50,403 bases of DNA from Clostridiaceae bacterium (GTDB taxonomy: Bacteria > Bacillota > Clostridia > Oscillospirales > Acutalibacteraceae), in the NCBI GenBank assembly GCA_016281115.1, contig JAEEHZ010000239.1, forward strand, positions 1 to 50,403, read 5' to 3'. How positions within the stretch are numbered: position 1 is the first letter of the stretch; every line of letters begins with the position of its first letter. The position numbers and the translations under genes are program-made. The notes under the pieces are model-generated. The model was given only the letters and a program-made list of their open reading frames with translations, had not been told where the DNA came from and did no database searches. This document shows, in pieces, positions 1 through 8,592 of this stretch.

Positions 1-1
1 C

Positions 2-211
2 GAAGTCGTATTTGAAGAAGGCTGTGATAGCGAAACAATGAGCAAAAGCGACCTTACAATCATAAAAAAGTGCATTGCCGAGGACCCGAGGCCGTCTTAT
101 CAGGAAAACGAAACGCGGATTTACAAGATGAAATACAAAAATTTCGACGTTTGCTTCAGGATTTGCAAAAACAAAGCCTTTATCACAAAAATCATACCCG
201 ACGAAAAATAA
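2..211 (+). CDS. 3' end of an unidentified gene (partial, runs off window start)
   Basis: Open frame from base 2 to TAA at 209-211 (...KMKYKNFDVCFRICKNKAFITKIIPDEK*), followed directly by a hairpin. No family recognised. Confidence 0.35.
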   Translation, partial: EVVFEEGCDSETMSKSDLTIIKKCIAEDPRPSYQENETRIYKMKYKNFDVCFRICKNKAFITKIIPDEK

Positions 212-240
212 AAAATCAGGCGAAAACGCCTGATTTTTAT
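212..240. terminator. bidirectional rho-independent terminator between convergent genes
   Basis: AATCAGGCG-aaaa-CGCCTGATT hairpin flanked by an A-run and a T-run. Confidence 0.6.
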
Positions 241-252
241 ATTATATATTCA

Positions 253-1023
253 CTATTTTCTCGATATGATTTCCCGTGCGAGCTCCTTATATGCGGCGGC
301 GCCCTTCGAGTGCTTATCGAAATACATTGCCGGCATGCCGAAGCTCGGCGCTTCCGACAGCCTTACGTTTCTCGGCACGGGCGTTGAAAACAGCTTATCG
401 GGAAAATGCCTTTTGAGCTCCTCAAGCACCTGCATCGTAAGATTCAGTCTGCCGTCGAACATGGTTACTATGACTCCGAAAAGTTCAAGCGACGGATTAT
501 ACGTCTTTTTTATCTTCGATATCGTCATCATAAGCATACTCAGCCCCTCCAGCGCGTAATATTCGCACTGCATGGGCACGACAACGCCGTCCGCGGCGGA
601 AAGCGAATTTATCGTCAGCAGTCCCAGCGACGGCGGGCAGTCTATTATTATATAATCGTAGTCGCATCTTAACGTATCGAGCGCCTTTTTAAGTTTATAC
701 TGTCTTTTTTCCTCGTCGACGAGTTCGATTTCCGCGCCTGCGAGCGATATATCGGCGGGTATGACGTCGAGACCTTTGAATTCGGTTTTTATTATACAAT
801 TATACGGATTTTCTCCCGAAAGCAGCTCATAAGACGTTTTTACGCCTTTTTTTGTTATTCCCACTCCGCTCGTCGCGTTGCCCTGCGGGTCAAAATCCAC
901 AAGAAGCGTCTTTTTGCCCTCTTCTCCGAGGGAAGAAGCGATATTGACCGCGCTCGTCGTCTTTCCGACTCCACCCTTCTGGTTTGCGAACGCGAGTATT
1001 CTGCACTTTATTTCAGAGCCCAT
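253..1023 (-). CDS. ParA/Soj-family partition ATPase
   Basis: Deviant Walker A KGGVGKTT near the N-terminus. 256 aa, typical ParA/Soj length and layout. Confidence 0.9.
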   Translation of the reverse strand: MGSEIKCRILAFANQKGGVGKTTSAVNIASSLGEEGKKTLLVDFDPQGNATSGVGITKKGVKTSYELLSGENPYNCIIKTEFKGLDVIPADISLAGAEIELVDEEKRQYKLKKALDTLRCDYDYIIIDCPPSLGLLTINSLSAADGVVVPMQCEYYALEGLSMLMMTISKIKKTYNPSLELFGVIVTMFDGRLNLTMQVLEELKRHFPDKLFSTPVPRNVRLSEAPSFGMPAMYFDKHSKGAAAYKELAREIISRK

Positions 1024-1047
1024 TGATATTCTCCTTAAACAGACCTT

Positions 1048-3045
1048 TTATGCGTCGGTATTCTGATTCATATAGTCGTCGATTGCGTTTTTGAGTTTTA
1101 CAAGTCCTTCTTCAAGCTCTACGTTATCGAGCTGTGCGCCCGCGGAGTCGAAATGTCCGCCGCCGCCGAGCTTTTCAAGTATGAGCTGGACGTTTATCGT
1201 TCCGTCCGAGCGTGAAGAAATATGCACGCTTCCGTCGATTACGCATATCACGAACGACGCGCTGACTTTTTCAAGCGTGAGAAGCTTATCCGCCGCCTTT
1301 GACGCGGCTATTTTATCCTTCTCGTGCGCTTCCTTTTCATACACCGATATCGCTATTTTTTCCCTGTAAATATGGATATTATTCTCAAACGCCGTTTCGC
1401 GCGTGAAATCCTCTATTGATGTACTGAAAAGCTTATTCGCGTCATACGGGTTTGCGCCTTCGCCTCTCAAATACTGCGCCGCGCCGAACGTCTTTGTTCC
1501 CGTGTTTTTGGTAAACTGGTTTGTATCGAGGCTTATACCCGAGAAGAGCAGGTTTGCCTCCGGTCTTGTGAGGGTTCCCGAGGGCACCGACTGTTCGAGT
1601 ATTTCACACATAAGTTCCGACGCCGAGGACGCCGCAGGCTCAATATACGATATTTTCGGCGGATTTACGAATTCTCCCGTCTTTCTGTGGTGGTCGATTA
1701 CGACGAACGAGCTTGCCGATTCGTACAGTTCCGGCACCTCGAAAAACGTAGGATTATTCACGTCGCACACCACGAGCAGCGTATCCGACCTTATGAGTTC
1801 GTGCGCCATTTCCCTGTCGACGAACAGTTCGTCGTATTCCCCCGCCTTATCCCTCATGCTGTCGAATATCTTTTTGAGGTTGAAGTCGTGCACGTTTACG
1901 ACGACGTTTACGGGAACGCCGTTATATTTTGCTATTCTCGACACGGCGACGCACGACGCTATCGAGTCGTGGTCGGCGTACTTATGTCCCATGGCAATTA
2001 CGTTTCCGCTGTTTTTGATGAGATTTATAAGCTCGTTTGCAATGACTCTCGAGCGCACTTTTGTCTTCTTCTGCACCGATTTCGACCTGCCGCCGTAGTA
2101 TTCGACGGAATTTTCGCTCTTTACGACCGCCTGGTCTCCGCCCCTCTGGAGCGCAAGGTCGAGCGCGTTTCTTGCGACGCTCTCCTTTTCGGCGTACGTT
2201 CCGTTTATTTTGGAAACGCCTATCGACGCGGTAAACGGCATGGTTATATTATCTATTTCGATTTCCCTTATTTTATCGAGAATATCGAACTTATCCTCGT
2301 CGAGTCTTTCGAAATATCTCTGCTCGAAAAGGACGATAAACTTATCCTTATCGTATTCCTTGATTATTCCGCCTATCGACGCGGTCCATTCGTCAAGCAC
2401 GCCGCCTATCGTCGCAAGCGCCGTTCTCTGCTTATCCTGTATGAACTGCACCGCTTCGGAGAAGTTATCTATCACGATAAACGCAACCATGAGCGATTTC
2501 ATATCTATTTCGCGTTTCGCGACTCCAAGCGCAGTAATATCGTTCCAGACGGTTATGCAGTATCCCTTGCCCACCGTCGACGTCTTATAGAAATCTATCT
2601 CGTATTCGGCGATTTCTGTTTTAATCTGCATTGCTTCCGCGTTATCCCTGAACATTCTTGCGGGACTGAGTGTTGAACCGAATATTTCGGACAGTTTTTT
2701 TCCGTAAAGCGTTCCTTTTTCGTTTGCACACGCCAAAAACGCCTTATTATACCAGACTATCTCTCCCGAGTCGTTTACTATGGCTATCGGATTTTTGAAG
2801 GAGGTTACGAAATTTATCGTCATTCCCGACAAAAGCGGACTTTCCTTCGTCATTCCGCTTTTTTTGATTTCGCCGTGTGTGATTATCGCGTTTCCGGCAA
2901 GGAAAAGCAATATTATTATCACTCCCGCGAAAAACAGCGGATATTCTTTTTTCACAAGGCATGCAAGAGTAAGCAGTGCAAGTGCAAAAAGCCCCGCAAG
3001 CACGCTCTTTTTTGCAAACATCTTATTAAGACTTTCTTTTAACAT
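1048..3045 (-). CDS. gdpP: GdpP-type DHH/DHHA1 cyclic-di-AMP phosphodiesterase
   Basis: N-terminal TM helices, central PAS/degenerate GGDEF-like region, DHH motif (HKYADHDSIAS) and DHHA1 GGGGH near the C-terminus. Start moved to the ATG at 3045 because the ORF-track start is TTG. Confidence 0.85.
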   Translation of the reverse strand: MLKESLNKMFAKKSVLAGLFALALLTLACLVKKEYPLFFAGVIIILLFLAGNAIITHGEIKKSGMTKESPLLSGMTINFVTSFKNPIAIVNDSGEIVWYNKAFLACANEKGTLYGKKLSEIFGSTLSPARMFRDNAEAMQIKTEIAEYEIDFYKTSTVGKGYCITVWNDITALGVAKREIDMKSLMVAFIVIDNFSEAVQFIQDKQRTALATIGGVLDEWTASIGGIIKEYDKDKFIVLFEQRYFERLDEDKFDILDKIREIEIDNITMPFTASIGVSKINGTYAEKESVARNALDLALQRGGDQAVVKSENSVEYYGGRSKSVQKKTKVRSRVIANELINLIKNSGNVIAMGHKYADHDSIASCVAVSRIAKYNGVPVNVVVNVHDFNLKKIFDSMRDKAGEYDELFVDREMAHELIRSDTLLVVCDVNNPTFFEVPELYESASSFVVIDHHRKTGEFVNPPKISYIEPAASSASELMCEILEQSVPSGTLTRPEANLLFSGISLDTNQFTKNTGTKTFGAAQYLRGEGANPYDANKLFSTSIEDFTRETAFENNIHIYREKIAISVYEKEAHEKDKIAASKAADKLLTLEKVSASFVICVIDGSVHISSRSDGTINVQLILEKLGGGGHFDSAGAQLDNVELEEGLVKLKNAIDDYMNQNTDA

Positions 3046-3078
3046 CAGCTTTTCGCATCCTTCCAACCTGTCTGTATA

Positions 3079-4158
3079 TTACAAAGGATTCTTCGGCGCA
3101 TACGACCTTCTCACCGTCGACGACGCGCCGATAAACGAAAGAATTATCACAACGGTATTCATTCCGAGAATAAAAATCAGCAAAAATGCGAGCGCAGCGA
3201 CGGCGATTACCGCAAGAGCGCGGCTTCTTATCCTCAAAGCGAAGAATCCGTACACGGATTTTATTCCGAGATACGCAAACGGTATTGACAAAATTGTACT
3301 TACGTTATAAAACGCCGCCGAAAGCACGTTGTTTCCGACAAAGAAATCAAAAATGAAATACGCCGCGTATGAAACATACAAAAATCTTGCGCCGAGCGGA
3401 GACATTGAAAACGTCCAGTCCCTGCCGTCAACGCATTCTTTTTTCATATCCGATATTTTACAGAAAAATCCGTAAATTGCGACCGAAAGCGCCGACAGCA
3501 GCATTCCGAATATCACAAGCGAGCTTACCGCGTTTACCTTTACGTAGTATTCGCTCGTCTGTATGAATTCCTCGACGTAATCGAGCGTCTGCGCGTCATA
3601 CGCGGCGTTTTCCGAAATAATATCGAAAATATTCCTATACGTTTCTCCGACGTACGACGCCGCCGTTTCAACAGCTGTTTTCAGTGTCTCCGGTCTTATA
3701 TTTCCGAACGCCCGCCAAATGAAGATCAGCACGTCGGCTATAATTCCCGCGGAAGCAGCCGTGCAGAGTGCGGCATACGTCTTTGCCTTGTTCTGTTTTA
3801 TTTTTGCGCAATAAGACAAGCAAAGTGCGCAGACAAGGCAAAGAAGAACGTTTACGGCGGAGCCGAAAACGTCGCTTCCGCCCGCAAGCACCGGTATTGC
3901 GGCAAAAGCCAATACGGGCACCGCCATGACGTAAGGCAGAAAACCGTATGATATTATTATCGAATACAAGACCGAGAACAGCGCAAGTGAAAGTATTCCG
4001 AGGACCGAGAAAACGGAAAATCCCGCGGCGTAATGAAGCGCGCATAGTAAAGACAGCGCAAAATACGCAAACATGACTATTCCCTTGTTTTTTCCGCTCT
4101 CGCTCCTGTTTTCGTTCAAAGCCGTTCTCCCGTAAAAAATGTTATTATTTTTTTGCAT
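3079..4158 (-). CDS. polytopic membrane protein, YybS/DUF2232-like
   Basis: Many hydrophobic helices. Lies immediately upstream of gdpP, as yybS-gdpP does in Firmicutes. Confidence 0.55.
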   Translation of the reverse strand: MQKNNNIFYGRTALNENRSESGKNKGIVMFAYFALSLLCALHYAAGFSVFSVLGILSLALFSVLYSIIISYGFLPYVMAVPVLAFAAIPVLAGGSDVFGSAVNVLLCLVCALCLSYCAKIKQNKAKTYAALCTAASAGIIADVLIFIWRAFGNIRPETLKTAVETAASYVGETYRNIFDIISENAAYDAQTLDYVEEFIQTSEYYVKVNAVSSLVIFGMLLSALSVAIYGFFCKISDMKKECVDGRDWTFSMSPLGARFLYVSYAAYFIFDFFVGNNVLSAAFYNVSTILSIPFAYLGIKSVYGFFALRIRSRALAVIAVAALAFLLIFILGMNTVVIILSFIGASSTVRRSYAPKNPL

Positions 4159-4285
4159 ACATTATTATATTAACACAAACGCCCGTTTTTTGCAATACCT
4201 CTCTTTTTTGCGTTTTTTTATTCTTTATCAAAATATTTGTTGACAAACGCGGCTTTTTATGATATACTACATAAGCACCAAAAAC

Positions 4286-4360
4286 GGCCCCCTGGTCAAG
4301 CGGCTAAGACATCGCCCTCTCACGGCGAAAACGGGAGTTCGATTCTCCCGGGGGTCACCA
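4286..4360 (+). tRNA. tRNA-Glu (anticodon CUC)
   Basis: Cloverleaf read by hand: acceptor GGCCCCC/GGGGGTC, anticodon loop CT-CTC-AC, T arm GGGAG-TTCGATT-CTCCC, encoded CCA. Confidence 0.9.
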
Positions 4361-4367
4361 ATTTTGC

Positions 4368-4442
4368 GGCCCGTTGGTCAAGCGGTTAAGACACGGCCCT
4401 TTCACGGCTGTAACATGGGTTCGATTCCCGTACGGGTCACCA
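4368..4442 (+). tRNA. tRNA-Glu (anticodon UUC)
   Basis: GGCCCGTTGGTCAAGCGGTTAAGAC...CTTTCAC...GGTTCGATTCCCGTACGGGTCACCA. Canonical Firmicutes tRNA-Glu shape with CCA. Confidence 0.9.
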
Positions 4443-4447
4443 AAACA

Positions 4448-4479
4448 AAAATCCTGCAGCACACGCGGCAGGATTTTTG
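4448..4479 (+). terminator. rho-independent terminator after the tRNA pair
   Basis: ATCCTGC...GCAGGAT hairpin followed by TTTTT. Confidence 0.7.
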
Positions 4480-4521
4480 TAATGAAGAATGAATAATGAA
4501 TAATGAAAAATCAAGGTGCAA

Positions 4522-4547
4522 AAAACCGCGGCGTTTGCCGCGGTTTT
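4522..4547 (-). terminator. rho-independent terminator of the small minus-strand gene
   Basis: AAAACCGCGGC-gttt-GCCGCGGTTTT. Read on the minus strand it is followed by a T-run. Confidence 0.6.
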
Positions 4548-4550
4548 CAA

Positions 4551-4778
4551 TTATTTTTTATGTTTTTTGGTGCTCAGTCCGAAAAGGCCGAGATAATGGT
4601 TTTTCAGAGCTTTTTTCCAATAATTGTATTCCGATTCGCTTGTCGCTCTGTGCATTTCCATCTTTATATATCTGGTTTCCTTTGAAAAAGGAACGATAAA
4701 TTCCGATATGACTTTTATCGCAAGCAGCAGCAATACCGCTATTGCAAAGATAATTACAAAAAAGGTTCCTGCACTCAT
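4551..4778 (-). CDS. small membrane protein, unknown function
   Basis: 75 aa with an N-terminal hydrophobic helix (FFVIIFAIAVLLLLAI) and its own terminator. Confidence 0.4.
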   Translation of the reverse strand: MSAGTFFVIIFAIAVLLLLAIKVISEFIVPFSKETRYIKMEMHRATSESEYNYWKKALKNHYLGLFGLSTKKHKK

Positions 4779-5059
4779 TGCTACCTCCGCAGTTCTCCAT
4801 AATAAAGATAAACTGTTTTTATTATTCTATCATTTGTTTTGAATTTTGTCAACACTTTATGACTTTTTATTACATCTTTTAATATAATATTTTATTTTAT
4901 GACGTCAGACGGGTATTTATTCGTATTTGTTGTAAAATTAACAAAAATTTAAGATAAATTTATATATCCTTTTATATATTCCCATATCCCATTGTTAATA
5001 TGGTTTGCGGGTGATAAACCCCTCGTAAGTTTTTAAAAATGTTTATAAAACCTCGGTCG

Positions 5060-5083
5060 TTTGTCGTAAATTTTGTCGTAAAT
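5060..5083. repeat. perfect tandem 12-mer TTTGTCGTAAAT x2 abutting the integrase stop; possible arm-type recombinase site
   Basis: Exact tandem duplication read directly at 5060-5071 and 5072-5083. The functional role is inference. Confidence 0.5.
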
Positions 5084-5087
5084 AACA

Positions 5088-6356
5088 TTATGATATTTTG
5101 AACGCTCCGTCTAATCTCGCGAAACTCTCTAATTTCTTTTCTCTCGTCGTCTCATTATACACATCCATCGTAACTCTGATATCTGTATGCCCCATTACTT
5201 CTTGGATGAGTTTTACATTGCTTTCGTTCTCACACATTCTTGTGCAAAACGTATGACGCAGGTTGTGGCAGGAAAAATGCGGCAATAAGATTGGCTGCCG
5301 TCCTTCCGTCTTCGCGTTTTTCATCTCTTGAGTGTTAGCGTCTTTGATAATTCGCTTAATCCAGTAGTTGACATACCATCCCCTGAGTATTTTATCGCGT
5401 GTACAGCCAAATACAAACCCTGTATATCCGTCGACGCAGAAAGTATTAAATCCGTGTATTTTTTGATATTCGTATTCTTTTAACAGGGCAAGTTTTACCT
5501 CGGTGAACATTGGAATATCGCGCACACCCGCACGCGTTTTTGGGGTAGATATTCGCGCCCTTTGGCACGTTTCATTTTTGCGGGCATTGTAAAGCAAATT
5601 ATGATTAATTTTAATAATATTGTTTTCAAAATCACAATCTTCCCAACGCAATCCGCACAACTCTCCGATGCGTAGTCCGGTACCTAGCATAACGGTAAAT
5701 ATAGTTTTCAAATTTTTATATTTAGAGTTTTGAGAAATAAATTCTATAAATCTATCCTGTTGCTGTTCGGTTAAAGAGTGCCGCTTTTTTTGTTTTTCGG
5801 CAATATGTTGTATATGCAATTCTGACAGAACGCCGTCGGTGGGGTTACTACGGATTATGTTATCACGCACAGCCATATTAAATAACGGACATATCATTGT
5901 ATGAATGCCTCTTATTGTTCCCGATGTTAATTTTAAATTTATAGCTAGGTGGCTGTATAATTTTTTTATATCCGAACGCTCTATGTTGGAAATTTTCATG
6001 AAACCTATATTATGACGTATATATTTTTCATATCTATATAAATACTCTGATTTAGTAGTTGGTTTAATTATTTTATGCGAAACATACTCATCAAAACAAT
6101 CGTTTAATGTTGTTTCTTGTGATCTTTTTGTGTCTATATCGTCTTCGATATCCCTGAGGATATGTTTTTCAATATCCCTTAACGCTTCGCACTGCCGTTT
6201 ACCGGGTGGCACTTTGTCGGTAGCCACCAATTTCCAACTATATACGCTGTGTCTACCGCTACTGTCCGTATATTTAAACTCATACTTCCCGTCCGGTCTC
6301 TGGCTCTCGCTGTTTTGTAAAATTCTTCCTTTATTATCTCTTCTTTTTTCGCTCAT
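5088..6356 (-). CDS. int: tyrosine site-specific integrase
   Basis: TGLRIGELCGLRWED (catalytic Arg box) and CHNLRHTF...GHTDIRVTMDVYNE (HxxR...Y). Sits at the junction with tRNA-proximal host DNA. Confidence 0.9.
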   Translation of the reverse strand: MSEKRRDNKGRILQNSESQRPDGKYEFKYTDSSGRHSVYSWKLVATDKVPPGKRQCEALRDIEKHILRDIEDDIDTKRSQETTLNDCFDEYVSHKIIKPTTKSEYLYRYEKYIRHNIGFMKISNIERSDIKKLYSHLAINLKLTSGTIRGIHTMICPLFNMAVRDNIIRSNPTDGVLSELHIQHIAEKQKKRHSLTEQQQDRFIEFISQNSKYKNLKTIFTVMLGTGLRIGELCGLRWEDCDFENNIIKINHNLLYNARKNETCQRARISTPKTRAGVRDIPMFTEVKLALLKEYEYQKIHGFNTFCVDGYTGFVFGCTRDKILRGWYVNYWIKRIIKDANTQEMKNAKTEGRQPILLPHFSCHNLRHTFCTRMCENESNVKLIQEVMGHTDIRVTMDVYNETTREKKLESFARLDGAFKIS

Positions 6357-6394
6357 CAGAAAACCCTCTCCTTGAAAGACAACAGATATATGGG

Positions 6395-6589
6395 TTAAAT
6401 TGTATTAAGTTCATCTATCATCTTCTCAAATTTAATTCTTTTTATTTGCGGTCTGTTGCCATTCCACAATATGTATGCTGCATCGGGATTTTCATTAACA
6501 AGCCTGCGTAGTTTATTTTCTCCTATACGAAAATACGCAGCTGCTTCCTCGACGGAGAGGGTGAATTTTTCATTAATTGGTATTTTCAT
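6395..6589 (-). CDS. xis: excisionase-type HTH DNA-binding protein
   Basis: 64 aa, [20 protein letters not shown] helix-turn-helix, immediately upstream of int. Confidence 0.7.
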   Translation of the reverse strand: MKIPINEKFTLSVEEAAAYFRIGENKLRRLVNENPDAAYILWNGNRPQIKRIKFEKMIDELNTI

Positions 6590-6637
6590 ACGTCCTCTTT
6601 CCGCCGGAGCGATAAACGCTCCGGCTTAATTATGTAT

Positions 6638-7105
6638 TTATTCAAACATGCTTAGTTGTTCATATTTTTTGTCCGTGCTGCCAAATCCGCCCGATCCGCG
6701 AGCTGTCGAATCAAGCTCGTCCGCCTCTTCAAACTCCACAGAAGAGTATGGCATAATTACAATCTGCGCAATTCGCTCTCCGCGCCTAACTTCTTGTATG
6801 GTATCCGTATCGTTCCTGAGAGCCACAATGATTTCTCCTCTGTAATCTGAGTCTATAACACCCACGCAATTCGCAGGTCTCAAACCTTGTTTTGTAGCCG
6901 CTCCGCTTCGAGCAAATACAGCGCCGAAGTTACCGTCCGGAATTGCCATAGCTACCCCCGTGGGAACTTTTAAAACTCCGTGCGGATATATTAAACATAA
7001 ATCTTCATTAAAATTAGCGTATAAATCATATCCTGCCGCGTATTCCGAACCACGTGTCGGCGTAATTGCGGTATCATTTATTTTTTTAATTTTGATCTTC
7101 ACCAT
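6638..7105 (-). CDS. dut: dUTP diphosphatase
   Basis: dUTPase motifs AGYDL, GVIDSDYRGE and RGSGGFGSTD. Confidence 0.9.
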   Translation of the reverse strand: MVKIKIKKINDTAITPTRGSEYAAGYDLYANFNEDLCLIYPHGVLKVPTGVAMAIPDGNFGAVFARSGAATKQGLRPANCVGVIDSDYRGEIIVALRNDTDTIQEVRRGERIAQIVIMPYSSVEFEEADELDSTARGSGGFGSTDKKYEQLSMFE

Positions 7106-7298
7106 TTAGTTCTCCTTTATATTTTTTTAATGCTCCAAGAGTTATGTATGCCATATCGCAATTCATACACCGGTATCGATATTCACGAAAAAGTTCAGCT
7201 CTTGTGCCTATTATTTGTATTTTTTCGCCACATGCCAGACATTTTCCTTGTTTCATATAAATTCTGCTATCAGCTGGTTTAATGATCTTCGTTATCAT
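7086..7298 (-). CDS. small zinc-ribbon protein, unknown function
   Basis: CLACG...CMNC Cys pairs. Start set at the ATG preceded by AGGAGG (7298). Confidence 0.45.
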   Translation of the reverse strand: MITKIIKPADSRIYMKQGKCLACGEKIQIIGTRAELFREYRYRCMNCDMAYITLGALKKYKGELNGEDQN

Positions 7299-7306
7299 TT
7301 TTCCTC

Positions 7307-7501
7307 CTAGTCTACCGCGATCCAGAGCCCGCAGTGGCATGCTCCCAGTTCTCCCCGCTCAATTTGATCCCTGAACCTTTTACACCTGCATTTTGTGTCG
7401 CAGTTTTTCACAATAGAGCACGGGCAGTAGCCATTGTTGGATTTTAGTTTCTTTTTAATTTCGTTAGCATATTCCGTATCTGGATTTTGAATTATTCTCA
7501 T
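7307..7501 (-). CDS. Cys-rich protein resembling ferredoxin-thioredoxin reductase catalytic subunit
   Basis: CPC...CxC...CHCGLW spacing is reminiscent of the FTR catalytic chain. Lies next to nrd genes. Confidence 0.4.
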   Translation of the reverse strand: MRIIQNPDTEYANEIKKKLKSNNGYCPCSIVKNCDTKCRCKRFRDQIERGELGACHCGLWIAVD

Positions 7502-7519
7502 TTTCTCATTCCTTATGTA

Positions 7520-8104
7520 TTAATTAAACCATTTTACTATTGTCGATCCTTGATATCCCCTTTCCCATATAAACCATGCATAAGCCTGTGCGCTTCCTTG
7601 ACAGGCTTCAAAATCTCCGCCATGAGCGCAGTTAATTCTTTTGCTTGCTACATATATGGTTTTTGGTGGGTATCTGTCGAAAAGATCCCTTCTGCTTTGA
7701 CTTTCGAGAAACAGTAATCTCAAAAACATCGCCACTTTGTTACCTTCCGGGACGCTTTCTATTGCGTGTTCGACAAATTCTTTCGCATATTTATATGGGG
7801 GATTTGTTATAATATCCCCATCAAAACAAACATTTTGTTTAAGAAAGTCCACCCCCCCCTCACCATACCCGCGGTATATCAAATCTGACGAGGTTACGTT
7901 ATATCCATGTTTTTCAAGCACTTTGCTCAAATGTCCAGCGCCGCATGCGCATTCCCAAATATTAGGGTTAAATGTCTCGAGTTCCAGCAGAAGTTCGGCT
8001 GCTATCGGGTCGGTCGCATAATAATCATTTTGCTCTCGAATCGTATTGCTATGATTTGACGCTCCCAGTGTTGAAAATACACCCTTCATATTACTCATTA
8101 ACAA
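7520..8104 (-). CDS. DNA N6-adenine methyltransferase (orphan)
   Basis: SAM motif ECACGAGHL followed by catalytic NPPY. No adjacent restriction enzyme. Confidence 0.75.
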   Translation of the reverse strand: MLMSNMKGVFSTLGASNHSNTIREQNDYYATDPIAAELLLELETFNPNIWECACGAGHLSKVLEKHGYNVTSSDLIYRGYGEGGVDFLKQNVCFDGDIITNPPYKYAKEFVEHAIESVPEGNKVAMFLRLLFLESQSRRDLFDRYPPKTIYVASKRINCAHGGDFEACQGSAQAYAWFIWERGYQGSTIVKWFN

Positions 8105-8577
8105 ATCTCCTCTGCATATTGATTGGGAGATGCTAAAAATACGCCGAGTATTTTGTCGTATCTTTTTTCTTGATCGGGTATATATCTTCCGAATTTTATA
8201 ATTATGTTTTCAAAGCATTTCATCGCGTCAACCATTGATAAAATCTCAGTTTTATTAAATCCGGTATAAATTATCACGGTATCGCGACAATGATATACAA
8301 AACGTAACTTGGCTATAAAATTAAACATCTCCTCAAATTGTTCAAACGGTTCAAGTCCACCAAAGACTATCGCCTTAGTAATATCGTTTAGCAAGTATCT
8401 GTGGATAATATCATCATCAGACACTGCTTTAGTCTCAGCTCTCGCGAGAGAGCTGTTTTGGCAACAGCTCTTCCCGCTTTCTTTATCGCATTTAAAATTA
8501 CAAGTATTTGTGCAAATATACATCGCCGGTTCTTTATAGTTAACGAAATCTTCATCAACCAAATCTTTTATCAGCAT
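8098..8577 (-). CDS. nrdG: anaerobic ribonucleotide reductase activase-like radical-SAM protein
   Basis: Cys cluster CNFKCDKESGKSCCQN, 159 aa, directly downstream of nrdD. Confidence 0.6.
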   Translation of the reverse strand: MLIKDLVDEDFVNYKEPAMYICTNTCNFKCDKESGKSCCQNSSLARAETKAVSDDDIIHRYLLNDITKAIVFGGLEPFEQFEEMFNFIAKLRFVYHCRDTVIIYTGFNKTEILSMVDAMKCFENIIIKFGRYIPDQEKRYDKILGVFLASPNQYAEEIC

Positions 8578-8592
8578 ACCGCACCTCTTGTA

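Noticed and set aside
1403-2676. Long plus-strand ORFs antisense to gdpP (1403-2098, 1687-2676), and similar shadows such as 14741-15595 and 35010-35615
   Set aside because: They lie entirely inside well-supported minus-strand genes. They have low-complexity Ser/Leu/Phe-rich or Arg/His-rich composition typical of antisense frames, and they lack RBSs.
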